Below, piece after piece: positions 22,111-35,700 of a stretch of DNA of 64,000 nucleotides. Origin of the DNA: Podospora anserina (Eukaryota). The DNA lies in assembly GCA_017654855.1 (NCBI GenBank), contig CM030336.1, positions 4,712,001 through 4,776,000 on the forward strand. Direction: 5' to 3'. The notes below the pieces were generated by a model that saw only the letters and a list, made by a program, of their open reading frames with translations, did not search any database and was not told where the DNA came from. The position numbers were made by a program, and so were the translations under genes. The stretch's first letter is position 1; each line of letters starts with the position of its first letter.

Positions 22111-23801
22111 AACATCGTGATTCTATCTCGACAATATCTTTTGCTCATTTTATGTTTTGTGTTCATCAGATCAGCTGACGCTCGTGAGACACTATAGGCT
22201 TTGCGAAGGTTGATGGATTCGATGTTAGAACCCCTAGGTGTTGGTAACACTAGGACCAATAACGTTGCAGCCGTGTAAGACCATAAGCCTCGTGGCACAG
22301 CCCTCATTGAACACTCGGAAGCTGACACATGCATCTGCATACTTCCCCGACCAAGACTTTCGAAACGAGCCAATAGAGTTTGCTGACTGCTTGTATTTTC
22401 GAAAGACTGCAGTTTTGGTGAAGAGGCCTTTTGAGAACATGGCGGGATACAGTTTCACTATTTCTCTTTTGGTGAAACTTCTAGATTAAGGCTTTGTAGT
22501 GGACATGCGCTGACCGTGGTCCTCTTCCATGCATCTCACCTTCCAACATACTCCCCAAACAAACACATAAAGACCTGAGCCCGCACAGCGCCCTTGTAAC
22601 ACGAACCCCAATTCCAATCCTGACATCAGCTGATAAATTGCATGGGGCTTGGGCTTGGCTTCCATTTTTCAATATCAGAGTGTACGAAGCTAGTCATCTT
22701 GAGTTCGAACTCGCCGGGGAAAGCACCTCGTCTGCGTCGTCAAACCGGAGAAGTACCTACCAATGCGTGGTCCACTGAAATGCCAAGGATTACTGTATCA
22801 ATGAGGCCTCTGGCACAGGACGACTTTAATTGCTTAGAGCGATCAGTAATACTAGTATAACCTTTTGCCTGGCCACTGAGAGACTTCACAAGGGGCCAGC
22901 CAGTCATGCAGTTGTACCTTGGTCGAGCCCCTTTCTCGCGGTCCTGCTGTGGCACCCCAACCCCGCATCAAGAAGCGTCATACATGTAAGTTAGCAGCGT
23001 AATCAACAGCATCTGGGCACTTAACCCAGGATCGGGAGCCCATGCATGTAAAGGTCCCAGAATGCCGCATGACACCCTCAATACAACAGAGAGGCGGTAA
23101 GATCAATGTCTGCAGCGGAGGCTTGTCAAGGCAAATTACTCGGAGTAGGTAATGACAACCTACACTCATCACGGAGTGCTCTAATAAACAACATCAATAA
23201 AAGTAGCAAGTGTGAATACAGAGCAAAATATTGAGCAGCAAAGACGGTTGAAATCTCACTCGACGAACCCATAAAGCCTGGTTACCGTAGGAACACCTAG
23301 GAAACCTCGAATGGTGGTCTGATTCGGAAGCTCGGGGAGGATCTTACCAACCCAGCCGGAATTTTGCAGGTCTTTTGAACAAGAACCGGAGACTTCCGTT
23401 GCTGGTCAGCATCCTTGGTTGCTCCTATTGTTTTGGGTCCTGCGGTGTGTGCTGCCCTTTTGTCAACTCAATTCGCCACACTGATTGGAAAGCGTCAAAG
23501 CACTTACCAGCCTTGCACACCCTCCATGATCTTATTAGCATGGCAAACGATGGTAAACGAACTAGCCTGTACAGACTAGTCATATATGAAAAACGAATCT
23601 TGATTCAATAGCTGTCTTGTCTTTGTAGACGTTGTTATTGAAGATGGCGGTGAAGACCAGCTACAAAGTCTAGTACTGTCCATGATGTATCTTGTGGGGC
23701 CGTCTGGATGTCTTTTAAAGGCTGCTGACTTAGAAAGTATCTCAAATTACTCCCCCCTCACCCCTGTTTGCAGCTGCTTGTTTCCGTCCGTTTGGCTGCA
23801 T

Positions 23802-25480
23802 TCAAGCTGATTTTCGGACATACTCAACGGGACCAGCATATCGGAGTCGACCTGTAACAATATAATACACCACGCTGAAGACAACCACGGTCCCATACAC
23901 AAGAATGCTCCAGTTCATCATCTCTAGCGTTGGTTCTGGCACCGGCGGGAAGAATGTCTGCATCAAGATTAGTTTCTACCCGCTGACCTAAGACTGGTGG
24001 CCTCTTACCATGATGAAGGTGAACACCAGAAATGAAACACTGAGCACATTAATGAACAGCCCTGCCCGGCCTAGATCAAAGCTCCGCGGCAGCAGCGGCT
24101 CATGTCGAATGCGCTTCACCGCGATGCAGCCACACGAGATAGCATACGACGAAAGCAACGCACCCACCCCAAGACTGGTGAGGATGTTGAACGCCTATCA
24201 TCCAGGTCAGTAGTGCCCCCCTCCGACCAGGCCCAGGACACGGGAAAGCTTACCACGGTGCTCCCTATATTGATCAACGACAACAACACAGCAAACACAT
24301 ACGACGCCCCCAGCGCATTCAGCGGCAGCCCTAACCGCGGATGCACCTTGGCAAACCACCCCGAGAACGGTACGCCCCTGTCCCTCGCAAACGCCCACAG
24401 CTGCCGACTGCTCGTCGCAATGTTATTCACAACCCCGCACGAGGCCATGATTATCATGATACACGTCATCGCCGTCACACCGCCGTAACTCCCCACGGCG
24501 TTGTAAAACACCTGGATGAACGGCATCATTGTTGGGGTCTGTAGCACACTCTCCAAATCCCCGAGAACCATGCAATAGGTAACCATCATGACGAACCCTG
24601 ACACGCCGTTAAGAAGTGCTGTGGCTATCATGGCCCGCGGGAGGGATTTACTCGCATCCTGCAGCTCCTCCGCCATGTGCGTAGCTGAGTCCGGCCCAAG
24701 GAGACTGAATATAGGGGAGAGAATCCCCACCAGGCAGGAAAGCCCGGTGTTTCCCCATCCTCCCCCGTCGGCAAAGGTGAAGAAGACGTCGTGAGCGGAT
24801 TGCAGTTTTGGACCCATTGTCCACAGGGGAATCAGTACTGCGAGAAAGCCGGCCGTGTGCAGCACAAGAGCGAGAGTTTCCAACAGCGGTAGGGCGCGGT
24901 AGAGGAGGGTGTTGAGAACCATGCAGACGGTCAAAATGGCGATGACCAGCAGCGTGAGATGCCACCGCTCAGGAACATACGAAGGGTGGTTGAGAATAAC
25001 CAACCCCTGGATCTGCTGCGCCAGAAGGAAACAAATCGCCGGGTTGCCGACCTGCCAGCCTAGCACGCTTAACCAACCGACAATGAAACTGAGGAAACGC
25101 TGCGAGGATCGCGGGGCAAACTCGCTGACCCAGTGGTACTGTCCTCCTGTTGTGGGCGCCATGGAGGCCATTTCTGCCATGGTGAGGATGGCGAAGAAGA
25201 GACCGAGGAAGGCGCCAAAGTAGACCCAGATCACGCCGCCGGTGCCGCCGTTGACGAGGCCGAAGACGCTGACGTTGAGTTCTGTTTCCCAGGTTTGCAT
25301 GAGGACCATGGTGAAGCCGAAGATGGAGAAGAAGCGGAAGTTGCGGTGGAGTTGGGGGGTTTTACCCATGCGGTACATGTCGGCTTTGTCGAGGGGGGTG
25401 CTGCCGTCGGCGATGGTGGAGGGGAGGCCATCGGGAATTTCGCCGGCTTCGCTGTCGGCGGGGGATTTGGTGTCGGACAT
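23802..25480 (-). CDS. Amino acid/GABA/choline permease (APC superfamily); 2 introns near 24196-24252 and 23960-24008
   Basis: Many TM helices; MAEMASMAPTTGGQYHWV, HMAEE, SRQLWAFARDRGVPFS, and C-terminal MNWS...YAGP after splicing. Confidence 0.93.
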
Positions 25481-27498
25481 TATGATGGATGAGAGCTAGG
25501 TTTACCTGAGGTGTTAGCTGGAGGAAAACATTTGTTGGGATGAGCTGGAGTGCAGGAAGGAGATGGTATGATATACGACGGCACACGCAAAGCACCGTGC
25601 TGCTTCTAGTGCCGGTAGTTGGAGATAGGTGTGTTACAGTGCAGTCCTCGGATTGATTGAAGTGCGGTCTGTACCACCACTATTCAGCTCTCCGCGAATC
25701 AAACTCCTGGCTCGGTGCTGTACATTGCAGCCTGCCGTGTTCCATATGCGGCATGAATGAATAATCACAGTGTTTGGCTTTCAATAGTGTCGCCTCGCTG
25801 CAATGTATGTGCTCTCGGATTTGATGCTTAGTGATCGTTCTGCGGCTTTGAGTGGTTCCAAGAGGTTTTGTATAACAACAGCTTTACCCCAACAACTTCA
25901 CCCGTCATAGTATTTGGCCATGCCGTGAGAGAGATGCAGGAACTTATCGAACTTGCTCCGAGTCAACGGAGGCGTCAAGGAGAAACGAGTGACAAGTACC
26001 TGTACCCGCGCGGGACCCAAAGTCAGGCGTCCAAGGCAAAGGGTGGCTCCAGGTGCTATATTGCTGGGTTGTCGACTTTGGTAATGCCCTTCCCTATGCT
26101 TTCCTTTTGTTCGAACACGACGCTGCCAGTGGTGAGTAGCTAACGAACACCCTGAAGCCCAGGTAGGACCCTTTGAGTTCTTCAACTGACAAACCTCCAG
26201 GACATTCCACTAAATCGACCTGTATCCAGGTCATTAGCGGAGACCTCAGCCATTATGCTGTTTACGGACAGAAACCTGAGGAATAGGGCCGGCGATAGGC
26301 TTTAAAGTATCAATAGCTTATGATGTGGTCAGCGGGAGGGCAATGTAGCAGCGGTTGGGGTTGGCATTGTTGGACACTAGATCTTGGCGTTGAGGCCGCC
26401 TTCTGGGGTTGCAGCGGGCTTCTGTCCGTAGAAGCTTGTTGACACCGACCGAATCACCTTCCTATCTTAACAGGATCTTTGTTTTTGTGAAATGAAGAAT
26501 ACGGTATCACGTTGATGAGCCAGTGTGAACGTATCTTCGTCCGGAAACTGTCTGTTTGCTTCGGACTAACCCAACAACTCTTCATGATAAAGGTAAGTGA
26601 CGGTTCAGTATGACAAACGACGGGCTTCATCACAATACCGAACTCCCACAATTGTGGCATTGGGCGTGGGTTGTGTCAGAATAGTCAATTGGGCCCACTG
26701 TTGAGGAATTAATATCTTGGTAGTGGGACTTGAGCCACTGGGTTCGGCCTTTTTCCAGCCACCTGGGCAACTCACCCTCGTACAACAACAGAATTGACAC
26801 CTTTTTGGACCCCATATACGATTTGACAGGTTACCATTCCCGTTTACCTTTTCCTCAAAGAGAATGGTGGTATCTTGGCTCTTGGCGGTAGCATCAAGAA
26901 GCGAGACTTTGGCGGCCTCAGCAAGCTGTTGATCCTGGCAGGGCAGGGCGTGATCAACGACACAGCGGCTGGAGTTGATCTCAATTTGATGTTGCTAATG
27001 AATCCCTGTGTGAGGGATAATGTGTGCTTCTCGGGGGGAGCATAAGGTTTCGCATTGCCATCCAAATCAAGCACCACCAGAGACTTATAGCTATGAATAT
27101 TAACTAACATGTGTAGATGCGAGGGCGGGTGACTTGCATCCTGCCACTTGCAAATACATGCTGGGCACATATACGGGTCCAACAGAGATTTGTGGCTGTG
27201 CCTCTGATTTCACGGGCGGAACAGCACCGCGCCTAGACAACGTGCAGGGATAACTAGCAGCACTGCTAAGCAAAATCGGGTGTAGCACTGCGATGGGAAG
27301 CTCTTTCGACTTTACGACTCCATGATCAGAGAGATGTATAAGATTGCGGTGGTTGCCCCAGGATGAAACAGTGTCATTCCCAAGATCATTACACCCTCAA
27401 GGCACAAGAAGGGCTTCAAAGTCTCAGTCGGCAACTTTTCTTCACAATCGTCCTCTCAACCGATACGTATCGTTTGACAAAGACAAAAGACCATCAAG

Positions 27499-28101
27499 AT
27501 GCACACTCCAACCATCATCCTCACCTCTCTCATGGCGCTCACAATCAACGCCCAATCCCACCCCATGATCACACCCGCTCCGGCCCCTATAGCCCGCCGC
27601 CAGGACAACAGCGTTGATGAAGACGCCGACTGTTTGTCCTCTTTGGGGTATGTGCCTACCTTACTTATTGACAGCACACTCTTTGCCGTCAATTGTTTAC
27701 CTAACTAACCTCCCGCCAGTCACTACGTCTCCTGCCTGAACATAGCCATGTCGCCCGATCCTTGCATGAAGAGCGCCCACATCCACGGCGACATTGAGTG
27801 CGGCTGCAAACAGGCCTCGAGCATCTATGGGTGTTATACCTCATTCTGCACACCCGGCCCTCGTGCCACCGACTTCGCCAGTGTTGTCGATGAGTGTGGT
27901 ATCCCGTATGGTGGGGCTGCACCTACAGGGAGCCCCGATGATGATGATGATGATGATGGGAATGTTTCGGATAACGAGGATGGGCCTACCCGGACAGGAG
28001 GGGGTGTTGTTCCTACAGAGACTCCTAGTTCTGCTGGGTCGTTGAAGGCTGGTGTTTGGGGGTTGGTGGCGATTGGGGCTGTTGTGGGGATGATGGTTTA
28101 G
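27499..28101 (+). CDS. Small Cys-rich, probably GPI-anchored cell-surface protein; intron 27648-27719
   Basis: Signal peptide, RRQ processing site, Cys-rich domain, acidic Ser/Thr linker, SSAG followed by a hydrophobic C-terminal tail. Confidence 0.85.
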
Positions 28102-28268
28102 GTGGTGATTTCTAGGGATACCCGGCGTTGAGGAGTTGTGGAGAAGCTTTGTTTTAAATTGATTGCAGCGCACTCCTCTCTTCGCACAAATAAACTTCTT
28201 GATTCAAATTACACACCCAGCGCCCAAGACGCCTTAACAATGGTACAACCCGGGTATCCCCCCTCACT

Positions 28269-29741
28269 TCACTTCTCAACCCTAAACTCAGTCGTCTTCA
28301 CAATCCCCCTCAACCCCCCCTCGTCGCCTCTCAAACCTGCAGGCAATATCAAATCCCTTTCATCATCACTCCCCTGTCCCTTATCCGCCACTCCAACCCC
28401 GCCCTGAACAATCGTCTCTGTCTCCCCCCTACTCGTAATCTTGGTGCTTCTGACCGGGGGTGAGCGGACGTACTCCATGTGCAACGCTGTGGCATGATTT
28501 CCCCACTTCCCTCTCTTCTCCCCTGTTAAGAGCTCAATAAACTGTCGTTCTTCGAGGTCAAGCTCGGTGTTTTGTCGGAGGTAGGCGGCTCGAATGCCGT
28601 TGATGCTCGTGTCTCGTCCCGGGTGGCGCGAGTGGAGGGGTAATCGGTCGAGAGCCTTGCCGGCGCGGTAGTAGTTTGCTTCGCGGTAGGCGATGGGGGA
28701 GAGGCGGAGGAAGCGGCCGAGGAGGGGGCGGAGGGTGGGGGCGCAGGCGGCGATGATGCCTATGTCCAGTTGGAGACTGTTGGAGTGTTAGCAGATTATG
28801 GGTAAGGGGATGAAAGGAGGTGGACTCACGAGCCGAAGAAGGGGGCGTAGGGATAGAATGTGCCGTCGGTGTTGTTGACGTAGGCGATGATGTAGATTCC
28901 TTTCGCTATCCCCAGACCAACAGCGCTACCACTCCGTCAGTTCCTAGAGCTGTGACATAGAGGATGGAGGATAGCTTACAAGTAGCCGCCACTCAGAATA
29001 GCAATCAAATAAATCCGGAGCCTCCTCTGCAGCTGCAGGCTCCAAATGAGTGGAATCGGCAGCGTGGCAAATGACAGGTCGGTAAAGATGTTGCATGCCG
29101 TGTTGAACAGTCCGAAATTCCTATACATGACCTTTCCATAACACTTTGGCTTGATGTCCGGATTCCACTGCCCTGAAACCGGTTGACATCTCGTCATGAA
29201 AGTGATGAAGGCGAACAATGTGTAGAAGACGGTGAACGTGATCAGGCCCCAGAGTATCCATTTGTACCACTTTCCCCTGCTGAGGCGTAACAGCGAGAGG
29301 GCGATTGAGATTTTGAGGAAGCCAAAAGCGAAGGAGGCTTCAATGACGGATTGGAAGAACTGAGCTTCGAGTAGGATCTTCCACCTGTCTCGTGGGATGG
29401 TGTCGGTGTGTTGGCCGTAGCCGTTGTGGCAGCCTACTATCCAGGCGGCGAGACCTCCTATGCCGCAGAGCTGTGCTTGTCAGCCTTTGTCAAAAAGAGG
29501 ACAGAATAAAAGAAGGGGCCATGGAACCTACCACGGCCAACACCATAAAGATATCATCCTTCCCAAACGACCTCACCACGATCGCCCTTGTGTAGAACCG
29601 GACGAGCGCCGTGCAGAACGCGAGACTCCAAACGACGCAGACGACAGCGATGAATACGTTCGAGTTACTCTCTGCGGCGCGGATGGGGTCGATCTTTTGC
29701 CCTGTGATGGTGACCTCTGCGTCGTCGTCCGACGATGACAT
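28269..29741 (-). CDS. PTH11-like (fungal rhodopsin-domain) GPCR-like membrane protein without CFEM; 3 introns
   Basis: VRFYTR...GKDD, GYGQH, KISIALSLLRL, CQPV..QW, NIFTD...TLPIPLIWSLQ, GIIAACAPTLRPL. Confidence 0.9.
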
Positions 29742-32567
29742 GACGATGGTCGCAGTTGAGATGAACGGTGATGATAATCCTTTATGGCGGCGTCGTGTGC
29801 CAGGCGAAGCTAAAGCCTTGCAGCAGAAGCATCACCTCGACGCAGCGCTGGCAAGAGACGGGGCGATGACACCAAACGATGCTAGGGTCCCAGAAATCTA
29901 AGACAGGGGAAAAGGAAAGAAACGCAAGCAGGGGAAAAGGCTGGGGTTGACCGACAGTTAATGCTATGGAAGAGCGGCCCTCGGTTGGGGTACCGACCAA
30001 GCGACGGCAGGCCGCCCAAACGAAAGGCCATTCATCCATCCGCTCCCATACTGTCTCGACACCATCTCACTACTTGTTTTCCTCTTGTTGGTTGGGCATC
30101 GGAAAGCTTTGCATGCGTCTTCACGTCAGGCCCATTTTCGGCACTGCTCCGCAATAAATTCTAGATTGGAAATCTGGGGAAACACAATGTTGACGGTTGC
30201 TTGATGGAGTCGTGCATTGGAAGAGGGGGCACCATTTGACCAGTCAGTGGTCTTGGTACCGCTCACTCTCCGATCCCCTGCCCGATTCGTGTGGAAATAT
30301 CAATCAAGCAATCATTAAACAACTTTCAAGCTATCTTGGCGGTCTTCAAATGGCAACTCTTGGTCGGAAATGTGCCGGCACTGGCATCTCCTCTTTGGCT
30401 TGTCCAATGAATGGGGGAGGAGGGGGTGTGTTTTGGCTAAAGTCAACAGGTGTTTGCCCCCCTTTTTGGCTATCCCAGCTCGTGCAAAGTTCGCAGTGCA
30501 AAAGGCACGGCCTCCACCATGATTAAATTCTGGATATCAGTTTCATTCTTTAGAAAATATACTGATTCAAGGTACCGGACCTACGTACTGACATCAGCGT
30601 GCGTTCTTCCCGTCGTATGTTTGAACAGGGCATATGCCAGCACCTTACTGCTTTGTGGTTTGTATTAGCAATCTACCTAGGTTCCTGTGCACCATTTGTC
30701 TTTTGAAGTTCCGAGTGCTGACTGTACATGTACCCAGCCCAATCAGCCAGCTTGCAAGCCGCCCAGTTTGAACACGGCGGAGGAGGTTGGAGCTATGACC
30801 ACTTGTTGGGTGGTAAAGTGCCGTGAATTGCTACCGTCGTACTGAACCAAACATAGGCCTCAAAGTTCCGGATCTCGGATAGAGACCATATAGAGAGGTG
30901 ACTGGACTAGTCTGACGTGCAAATGCCGTCTGACACTGTGACCTCAACAGGAGCATGAGCGCGAGTGTGTCTCTGTCCCACCTACAAACTAACTCGAACT
31001 CGTTCACCTTCCTGCAAGCACTTGAGAGGGTGGATGGAGAGCCTGATTTGCCAAAATGAGTAAGATCTTTCTGCTAAAAGCTGTCAAACTGCATTCGTTG
31101 CTGTGGGGCATCCCAATTCTCAAAAAGATGTATCTCTTCAGAACACCCTTATCTATTTATTGACATTTTCGGCCTCGACTTCAAGAAATGGGAGGCTCCT
31201 CTGAATCTGAGAACTGCTTTTTAATCAAAGGCTCTCTCCGAGTTCCACCCATCGTAAATCAGTAGTTTCATAGCACTGGTAATGTTCAAAGGAACTAGCT
31301 CAGAGCCGATCATGAGGTCGTGAATATCAACTCACTGTCTCTTCATCAATATCCCTGGAAACCTACCAGACATTCGAGTATGATATTTGCTCCAAAAATG
31401 GCAGATTCAATTTGTTCAGTTTTTACTCCACTCGCTCGGAAGACGGTATGAAATATCTTCTTCTTCAGGATAACTGCTGTGCTCTTTTGAACCTGAACTC
31501 TCAACACTCACAGTGATGACTCAAAGCAAGACCACCCGCCTACCGCGTTCTCTTACAGCCAACACGCGCAGCCCAACACAAAGCCCTACCTACCCCCTAT
31601 TCCGCGACCTATAGAACCTTCACAGTGAGTGCCCCCTTTTCGTGCATGAGTGACTCTGGCACTCAAAAGCACCACTTTCGCGGCCAAGAAGGCGAAAACT
31701 ACACCCTCGAGACAAGAGCCCGCGGAACTGTTCACGCCGGAGCCCGTATCCGAGTCTCTTCCAGATCCGGGCGTGACCGGTATGACGCCCAAGGGCGCGG
31801 CAATCACAGGCGGGTCTCCACACGAGACCGGGACAGAACACACAGTCGGCAGAGGTCTTCAGCCAGAAGAAGCAGTAGGAGATATTGAGTGCTGAGTGGA
31901 CGGTTTTCATCAAGAAAGAGAGTTCAAGGGGCAAAGGGGGGACAGCATGAGCTTTCACGGTCGACAACATCGAACTGCAGGTAACCAACTGGCTCTCAAA
32001 AGCGACAACACTCAGTACGTAGAACTTTCTTAAGCCTACCAGCAACTCACTTCATAGATAAGAATCCATTATCAATCTTCTTTAGAGCAATCATATCGTC
32101 TTATCTCCTGGTGGAAATATTCTACTGGTTTCCTTGCCTTGACCCGCTTATTTGTCAAAGGCTTTTCTCGTAGAACAATGCTCCCACAGGATCCACCCTT
32201 AACTGCTTTCACCCGGCAAGATATCAGCTAAAGTTCCTGATTAATAGATGAGAAAATTTTTGCAGGACTCTCGTCGGTCCCCGCTTCTCCTCGTATTATG
32301 GTGGGTTACGCGCTCTTCTTCTTTCGGACCTTTCTTTCACTTCGGCTCTATTGAAGAAACCCTCTCCATCTTCCTCCCTCCCAAATAATCACATCAGCCT
32401 CCTCCATAAACCCCAAAAGACCGTGACCTCATCACATCATTGCTTTCTCTATACCTTAGTAAGTTCCTACCCTCACGCAGGACAACCAATCTGATGGTAT
32501 AATCAAAGTTAACACCTCCTGAAAGGTAGAAGGCATAAACACGTCACCCGCCACACAAACAAAAGCA

Positions 32568-32918
32568 ATGGGGAACTGGCTCTATAAACCGCCTCTTCCA
32601 GAAAGGGGAGTCCATTACGAGTACCAAGAGAGTGTATCCGAGTTCGGTAGCGACCTGTCCCTCCCCACAAGGCCAGCCCGCGTCACACTGAGCAACATCG
32701 CGCTTGACGCGATGTCCAAGCTCCCAAACAATGTGACCCGCCGCCAGGGAAGAAGCCCGGTTGAACGTAGACCCGCCGAAGGGTTGACGGAAACAACGAC
32801 AGTCAAAACAATGACCACCTTGCCTAATGGACAGGTTGTGGCGACTACAGAGACGACGGCTGTGACAGTTGGGCAAGGGGAAAGGGTTCGGAGGTTCGGG
32901 AGACGGGGGAGGAGATAG
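32568..32918 (+). CDS. Possible small hypothetical protein
   Basis: 116-aa ORF with an A-rich leader and MG start; no recognisable motif. Confidence 0.35.
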   Translation: MGNWLYKPPLPERGVHYEYQESVSEFGSDLSLPTRPARVTLSNIALDAMSKLPNNVTRRQGRSPVERRPAEGLTETTTVKTMTTLPNGQVVATTETTAVTVGQGERVRRFGRRGRR

Positions 32919-34401
32919 ATAGGTGGGATACCACGATAAGGAATGAGTGCACACAATTCACTGGCCTCCACAATATATAGAGCACTGATTCACTACGCCA
33001 ATCTATCAGTCTCAGATGAATTGAACAAGGTCACCCTCGTCTCGAAACTTCAAAGTTCCAGATTTCCCTGGGACCGTGTGAATCATGAATAGCCACAACC
33101 TGGGCTAGCCTGTACCTGGTGAATTCAACTACTTCGAATAATGGTGAGTTCACCACTCCCCGAGGAGCGAATGCGGCCATGAGACAATCTCTTCATGCTC
33201 CCAAAGCCCAGATAGGTTGCCGCACTGAATGTATTCAGTGTACGGTAAGTGCCTATATAATAGGTCTTGTTCAGCTTGCTTGTCTCCCTTCCTGTAAAAC
33301 AACAAACAGTCAGATCGGACCCCCGTTCCTGCCTCGAGCTGAGTCTCTTCACCAAACAGCAGTGTTACACGTGAGCCTCAAACGACTCCCATCACCACTA
33401 AGCACCATGGGCAACGGCAGTTTGCTTCGGGGCAGGGCCAGCACCCCAGGCTTCCAACAGACGACGCTCTGTCAGCAACCGCCACAGCGGAAACACCCAC
33501 AGCTCTCGCAACAACCGCGATCAAAAACATCAGTCCAGCCGCGACCAAGAAACTGGAAACCGCAGCCTCGAGCAAGCCAACGCTCGAGCTAGACGAGGCT
33601 CAGTCTGCCAGCCTGGACAACCTCGGCATAGACGCAGAAGCAGTGTGGTTCTTCGAACGAGCGAGAGGGTTGTCAGGTTTGATGCTGTTAGTGGGTGTGA
33701 CAAACGTAGTGGGAGAGATGGGAGACTTTGAGGGGATGAACAGCTAGATGTGGGGACTGGCTATCGTGGGAGATTTGGGAACGCGCGGTTTTGGGGCTTA
33801 GGTTTAGACATCAGGGTATTTGCGGGAAAAGATAGCAACGAGACAGGACGGTCAACGGTAGATCTTGGGCATCATTAGAGGCAGGTTAGGGTTGTGGGAA
33901 ACAGACGGGGGGGTTAAAGACAACAATCCAACAGGGCAAATTCCACCCCCATGATAAAAGGCAACCCTTCACCACAACGGAAGCACACTTGTAAACCACC
34001 CGCCTTCCCATTCCACTCACACACCCCTCTTCCCATCCATGATCCATCATCTCCCTGACCTTCCGATTCAAGTCGAATTTCGCGAACCACAATCCAGAGG
34101 GGGCCGTTGGGCACAAGTTGGATCTTGGATGCGAGTGCACAAAATTTCTTGTTGGATGTGCACGCGTCAGTGCGAAGAGACAGTTTGTAATTTCCATTTA
34201 GTTTATCTATGCAACCCTGAAGTCTCCAATCTCCCATCCTTGCACTACAAAGTTCAGTCCAGCGCAGAATCTATATCTCATCTACATCTCAGCAACACCG
34301 CCTTAGGTTTCTCTTTCCGAGTATGATTTCATCGTGTTATGGTCGTGGTGAGGTGTTGTTAAATGTGTTGCGACGGGAGCGGCGGCCTCAAGCTGCTGGG
34401 T

Positions 34402-34818
34402 TCAACGATCCTGGGGTCTAAGACTCGTAATAGCAACAGTCTCGGTAGAAAGAGGAGGGGATGTGACGGCAGGGAACGAGGTAATAACGAATGTCTCCGT
34501 GACAAAACTGGTCTCAATTGGTAAAATAGTGGTGACGGTAAACCACTCGGTGCTGAAGCTTGTCGCAACAGGAGGAAAGGAAGTCACAGTGATGATCTCG
34601 GTCGAGTAGACGGTCTCAACAGGAAGCACCGAGGTAACGGTAAAGAATTCAGTACTGAAGCTGACAGGGCTTGAGGGAGGAGCATCACAGAGGACAGTGA
34701 CGGTGGCGGTGGGAAGGAGAGTTTCTGTCTTTGTGACAGTCACTGTTGGTCTTCGGATGCCCCAGGCGGAAGCTGGGGCAGCTGCCAAGGCAGTCGCGAG
34801 GAGGGTGATGAGAAGCAT
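34402..34818 (-). CDS. Small secreted Thr/Ser/Val-rich protein with ~17-aa repeats
   Basis: Signal peptide; about five repeats of type SFSTEFFTVTSVLPVET; upstream TATAAAA on the minus strand (~34905). Confidence 0.7.
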   Translation of the reverse strand: MLLITLLATALAAAPASAWGIRRPTVTVTKTETLLPTATVTVLCDAPPSSPVSFSTEFFTVTSVLPVETVYSTEIITVTSFPPVATSFSTEWFTVTTILPIETSFVTETFVITSFPAVTSPPLSTETVAITSLRPQDR

Positions 34819-35700
34819 CCCAGGTTCTTTGATGAGGTTTTCGTATTATGGGTGAAGATGGAAGTTAGAGACTGTTTTGCCCAGTCTGTCACTTTGGACC
34901 TCCTTTTATATTCACTCGCATCTTGAGCCGCATCGTTTTACAAGTACGATGTTGACCCCTGGTTGAAGGGCGCAGTCATAGACTAATTTCCCACGATCAT
35001 CCGTGCAGAAACTACGTACCATTTCAAGACTTATACAAATCCAGTAATAATAGTAAAGACCAGGTTGTGATTGGCTATGGCAGGGTTGAGCGATGCGAGA
35101 GCCTCGCATTCGGAGATGAAGTAATGCCTTTCACCGACACATATTGAGCAGAAAGTGAATCTTTCCGAGGCAGAGAGCACAGCTCGGAATTTTACATTTA
35201 CTTAGGTTCAATGTGCCACTCCACGGATGCTGTCGTCTCACACTTGATGTTCTTCTTGACGGGCAAACAGCACCGTGGTATCATAGTTTCATGCAAGGAT
35301 CATTCTCGTCAACTCTGTTCTTCAGATGGTGGCTCGAGATTGGGTAAATTAATGTAGTTCTAGGAGAGTACCTAGGTAGTTCTGTATTGCAGAACCACCA
35401 AGCTACCTAACTCAAGCACCATGAAGCTTTATGGGGTGAGAAACATGTCTTATTCGACGGTGATAAGTGCCCTCATCCTGCTACCTACTTTGTTAGGCGC
35501 AACATGCTCTATCAGCCTTCCATTATGGTCATCGAGGTACCCCGCTAACAAACAGCGACTATGTGGGTCAGTTTGTGTCTTGGGCTGCTGCCTGACCATT
35601 GTGCAACAAATTCCCGCTCAACTACCAGGACTCACCACACTCGGCTTCAACCTATTATTCGTTCTAACTGGAGGCTTTCTAACTCCATGACCTGTTAATA

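Noticed and set aside
26200-27250. Possible degraded gene on the minus strand
   Set aside because: Coding-like fragments but no consistent gene model or recognisable motif.
31500-33750. Short Arg/Ser-rich ORFs, including a second MGN-starting frame near 33407
   Set aside because: Low complexity, need an assumed frameshift or intron, and no supporting motif.
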